This document shows, in pieces, positions 60,916 to 64,000 of a DNA stretch of 64,000 bases. The translations under genes and the position numbers were made by a program. Within the stretch, counting starts at the first letter, position 1, and the number at the start of each line of letters is the position of its first letter. The notes beneath the pieces are model-generated. The model did no database searches, was not told the DNA's origin, and saw only the letters and a program-made list of their open reading frames with translations. The DNA comes from an uncultured Acidobacteriota bacterium (GTDB taxonomy: Bacteria; Acidobacteriota; JAQAZP01), in contig CAWIIB010000008.1 in NCBI GenBank assembly GCA_963836075.1, positions 32,001-96,000 of the forward strand, given 5' to 3'.

Positions 60916-61290
60916 TCATCGTTCTTCCCGGGGCGGGATGCCCGCCGGCGCTGCCGGCTCCGCCCGGCCGCGACGGTCGAGCTCGCTTTCCAGCATGGCG
61001 ATCCGTTGCTCGGCTTTTTCCAGGCGGCGGGCCAGTTCGGCAACCTCCGGCTTGCGGGGCAGGTCCATGGCGTCCAGCGCCTGGCGCACCGTGTTGTTCA
61101 GGCCGTCCTGCACCTCCTGCCACTGCCGGCTGCCGCTCTCCAGCAGGTCGTTGACCAGCTGCTTCGCCTCGTCGGCGGTCACCTTGCCCTCGTCCACCAG
61201 GCGGTCCATGACCTGCTCGGCCTTCTCCTTGGTAATCACGCCGGCTCCCAGGCCGGCCAACACGGTCGTCCTGATCAGTTCCAAAACCAT
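60916..61290 (-). CDS. Phasin/PhaF-like coiled-coil protein
   Basis: LAGLGAGVITKEKAE...LVDEGK.T..EAK; sits directly upstream of the ABC1 kinase. Confidence 0.85.
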   Translation of the reverse strand: MVLELIRTTVLAGLGAGVITKEKAEQVMDRLVDEGKVTADEAKQLVNDLLESGSRQWQEVQDGLNNTVRQALDAMDLPRKPEVAELARRLEKAEQRIAMLESELDRRGRAEPAAPAGIPPREER

Positions 61291-61695
61291 TGTTCATCCC
61301 TCCATCTGATCATGTCGCCCCTCTGCACAGCGTATACCAGATATCCCCAGGATCAATCCGGCCGGCACATCCAGGCGGCTCTGCAACGGTTCGGTTGCTC
61401 ATCGTAGTCGTTTTGTTACCAGAGTGTGACCCAGAGAAATCAAATTGCCCATGCCGCTGGGCCGGTCCGTATTTTCGGTGAAGCTGTTGGTGCTGAACGG
61501 TTTGAGCTTGTTTACAATCACTGGAGCTTTTGCGGCGCCTTCGTCCGGAACCACGAGGGCAACCACTATGAATGAGTGAGTGGACGGCGATGCCACGGGT
61601 CGGCTTTCTCGATCTCAGGCGGCATCAGGGCGCGGCCGCCGTCACCGTGCAGGTCTAAACTACTGTCTTGCCGGTCGAAAGCGCTCCGGCACAAT

Positions 61696-61965
61696 TCAAA
61701 TCTTGTCAAATATGTTCGTCCAGTGCCTTGCCCACTCGTATTCGTTTGGTATCCGGAAATTCATCTTCAGGGAAGCGTGTCGAAGATGTGTCATATCTCC
61801 AATGGTTTCCCGGCACGTCTTACATTCGGACAGGTGCAGTTTCACGGTTCGTGAATCAGGTCCGGACAGTTCACAATCCAGGAACCCCGACAGCGAACCT
61901 CGCGCTTCAAACCGGCGGCACAGCTTTTCGATTAGTTGATCTTGATGTCTAATCCTGGAAGCCAT
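61696..61965 (-). CDS. Zinc-finger (zf-HC2) anti-sigma-like small protein
   Basis: LSGFLDCELS......V..HLSECKTC (HxxxCxxC); no TM segment. Confidence 0.7.
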   Translation of the reverse strand: MASRIRHQDQLIEKLCRRFEARGSLSGFLDCELSGPDSRTVKLHLSECKTCRETIGDMTHLRHASLKMNFRIPNEYEWARHWTNIFDKI

Positions 61966-62137
61966 TTCCTGTCTCCCTCTGCCGGTGGACTCCGTCCTGG
62001 GGGCTGGTCAGGCCGTGCTTCTGGATCAGCGAACGTGAATGGAGATCGATCGCCCTGGTGATGCGACGAAGGGCCAGGAGTGCCTCCAGGCATTCCGGTG
62101 ACAGTTCGGCGATATTTCTCGTACTGTCTTTTCTCAT
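61949..62137 (-). pseudogene. Truncated MarR-family regulator (EctR/CosR-like N-terminus)
   Basis: LLALRRITRAIDLHSRSLIQKHGLTSPQ, after which similarity stops before the HTH; GGAG RBS. Confidence 0.72.
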
Positions 62138-62158
62138 TCTTTCCTCCAGCCCTAATAC

Positions 62159-62187
62159 ATTCTACACATAACATTTAAATCCGTCAA
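62159..62187 (-). promoter_or_regulatory. sigma70 promoter of the MarR remnant
   Basis: Minus strand reads TTGACG-N17-TAGAAT. Confidence 0.6.
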
Positions 62188-62392
62188 CATCTATATGCGC
62201 TACGTCTGAAAATCATTCAAATTCAATGTTTTTATTGGTTTTGCGCGGAATTATTTGCATGAGATTGGCCAAAATGTTATTGTCTACACGAAGTATTAGT
62301 TGAGCCTTCCCGATCACCCACGATGTAGGGTGGCAAGCGGGAAGTGTGTGAACCCGGTTCATTTCCAGATGCCACTGTAACGGGAGGGACCA

Positions 62393-63185
62393 ATGATCGA
62401 AACGAATCACCTTGAAATCCTGAACAGGGGACTCTCGGCATGGAATCAGTGGCGGGAGGAAAACCCGAAGGAACTGCCCAGGCTCCGTGGAGTGACATCT
62501 TAACGAATCCAACCTCGAAGGGGCTAACTTGAGCCATGCGGATCTCGAAGAGGCGGATCTCCGGAAAGCGAATCTGTACTCGGCGAACCTGACCAGCGCA
62601 CGGCTGAGGTATGCCAGGCTCGCTGAGGTGGATCTGGGAAAAGCGAACCTTGACAAGGCCGACCTGAAAAGAGCCGGGCTGGAAGATGCAAACCTCAATC
62701 TTGCGAAGCTGAATGCGGCGGATTTGAGAGGCGCCAGCTTCGAGAATGCCTCGCTCTCGGAATCTTACCTTGAATGGGCCAATCTCGAGCATGCAAAGCT
62801 TGACGGCGTGAACCTCAACGGTGCTTCGCTGAATGAAGCGAATCTCGAGGGAGCATCAATCGTCGGGGCCGATTTAACAAAGGCCGCTATGAGACGAGCC
62901 AGGTTCAGAGGCAGCACGCTCGATGAAGCGTGCCTGATGAATGCAGATCTCAGGGAGGCGGACCTGCGGGGAGACTTGAGGGGAGCCGACCTCAGGAAGG
63001 CCGATCTCAGGGGGGCCGATTTCAGGGCAGCCGATTTGAGGGATGCCGATCTCAGGGACGCGGAGCTTGATCTTACCAATTTCTTCGGTGCCAATCTGAG
63101 GGGCGCGAACCTCACCGGAGTCGACCTGAATGGTGCGATCAACTTGAGGAGCAGTCAAATCGACCAGACCAGAAGAGACAGTTGA
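62393..63185 (+). CDS. Pentapeptide repeat protein; one apparent +1 frameshift (~62494)
   Basis: ATG 62393 gives MIETNHLEILNRGLSAWNQWREENP (a typical N-cap), continuing into A(D/N)Lxx repeats in the 62529-63185 frame. Confidence 0.88.
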
Positions 63186-63319
63186 ACGGTCAAAGAAGAA
63201 GGCCGAAGCCGTTTCGACCCGCCGGATCGAAGTCGTTGGACAACTGTCACTTTCATCCGCCGACGCGGCTGGCAACGGCGTCTTCAGCACGCCGTTACAG
63301 GCAAAGGAAATCAATCCTA

Positions 63320-63556
63320 ATGTATGACACTGTCGAAAAGATCGGCAACTCACTGATCCAGCACGGTCCGATGAATGACCGCATCTACCTGATGAAGCTG
63401 GGACAGGACCAGGTGAAGCAGATCCTGGACCGGCTGGGCGATCTTGCCGAGGAACGCGGATACTCAAAAATCTTTGCCAAGGTCCCTGATGAGCACCGCA
63501 GCGTCTTTGAAGCTCACGGCTGCCGTCAAGCCGGCGGTGATTGGGTCTGGAAATAA
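63320..63556 (+). pseudogene. ablB: N-terminal fragment of beta-lysine N-acetyltransferase
   Basis: MYDTVEKIGNSLIQHGPMNDRIYLMKL...GYSKIFAKVP...F...G...A matches the AblB N-terminus; the GNAT domain is missing. Confidence 0.7.
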
Positions 63557-63591
63557 AGTGATTACCTTTGCCCGCCTCCTGCCGCCGGAAT

Positions 63592-64000
63592 TCAATCGGC
63601 GGTATCCCCTTCGGAACTGTTTCCGCTGATGTCTTTGAGCCGGGTCTCCGGTTCATGGTAGCGGGGGTAGAGGTGCGTCAGGGTGGTGTAGGTGAAGAGG
63701 GCATTCACCGGACGGATTCTGATCAGCCAGTGGAAGATGAAGTAGGAGAGAAACAGGGACGGATAGAGGTAGAGCAGGTTCACCAACTGGATCGAAATCC
63801 AGCTTTCCAGACCGCTTGTGCCCGGGTACCGTGCGGTGAGCCAGGAGAAGAACCAGACCCCCGCCGGCACCGACGTGACCAGGTAGAGGATCAGCCCCCA
63901 GGATTGCCCGGCCTCCACCGCTTTGCTGGGGCAGTAGCCCATGCATCGCATACAGCTCTCGCAGTTGTACTTCCAGTAGGGCCGGGGATTTCGTTTGCCC
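63592..64000 (-). CDS. C-terminal part of a 4Fe-4S ferredoxin-domain membrane protein (EFR1-like); runs off the window edge
   Basis: PYWKYNCESCMRCMGYCP followed by two TMs and YTTLTH.Y.RY. Confidence 0.75.
   Translation of the reverse strand, partial: GKRNPRPYWKYNCESCMRCMGYCPSKAVEAGQSWGLILYLVTSVPAGVWFFSWLTARYPGTSGLESWISIQLVNLLYLYPSLFLSYFIFHWLIRIRPVNALFTYTTLTHLYPRYHEPETRLKDISGNSSEGDTAD

Noticed and set aside
62529-63185. 15-bp periodic DNA as a non-coding repeat array
   Set aside because: Fully explained by the pentapeptide-repeat protein.

Overview
GC-rich bacterial DNA. The lineage cannot be determined from the sequence; the gene content (LPS GT9, exported multiheme cytochrome, sigma54, tmRNA) suggests a diderm environmental organism. 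A tmRNA gene (29183-29533, tag ADNELALAA) divides the window. The left half looks like core genome: a membrane-anchored sulfatase-like protein, pckA, a Zn alcohol dehydrogenase, a hexaheme secreted cytochrome c, a large secreted beta-propeller/Ig/FG-GAP protein, waaF, a regulatory block, a DHH phosphoesterase, GT39, an unusual radical SAM/SPASM pair, and citrate lyase (CitD-CitE fusion plus citF). The best find is the regulatory block at 14881-20591. It holds a FleQ-like sigma54 activator, GTCA-N6-TGAC enhancer boxes, a sigma54 promoter driving fliA, and matching sigma28-type promoters in front of flgM and in front of an operon encoding an AAA-less REC-HTH protein plus an HD-GYP phosphodiesterase. 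Together these read as a self-contained feedback circuit, with no flagellar structural genes in the window. The right half is a patchwork general-stress/osmotic-stress region: SodB, ferritin-like, BON, ChaB, CsbD, two USPs, CBS, two TrkA-C proteins, CopA, PLD-VTT, ABC1 kinase, two phasin-like proteins, a diadenylate cyclase, and remnants of a MarR/ablB osmolyte locus. Many genes carry single-base frameshifts, nearly all +1 insertions, which are most likely sequencing or consensus errors. No CRISPR array, rRNA, tRNA, integrase or transposase was seen.
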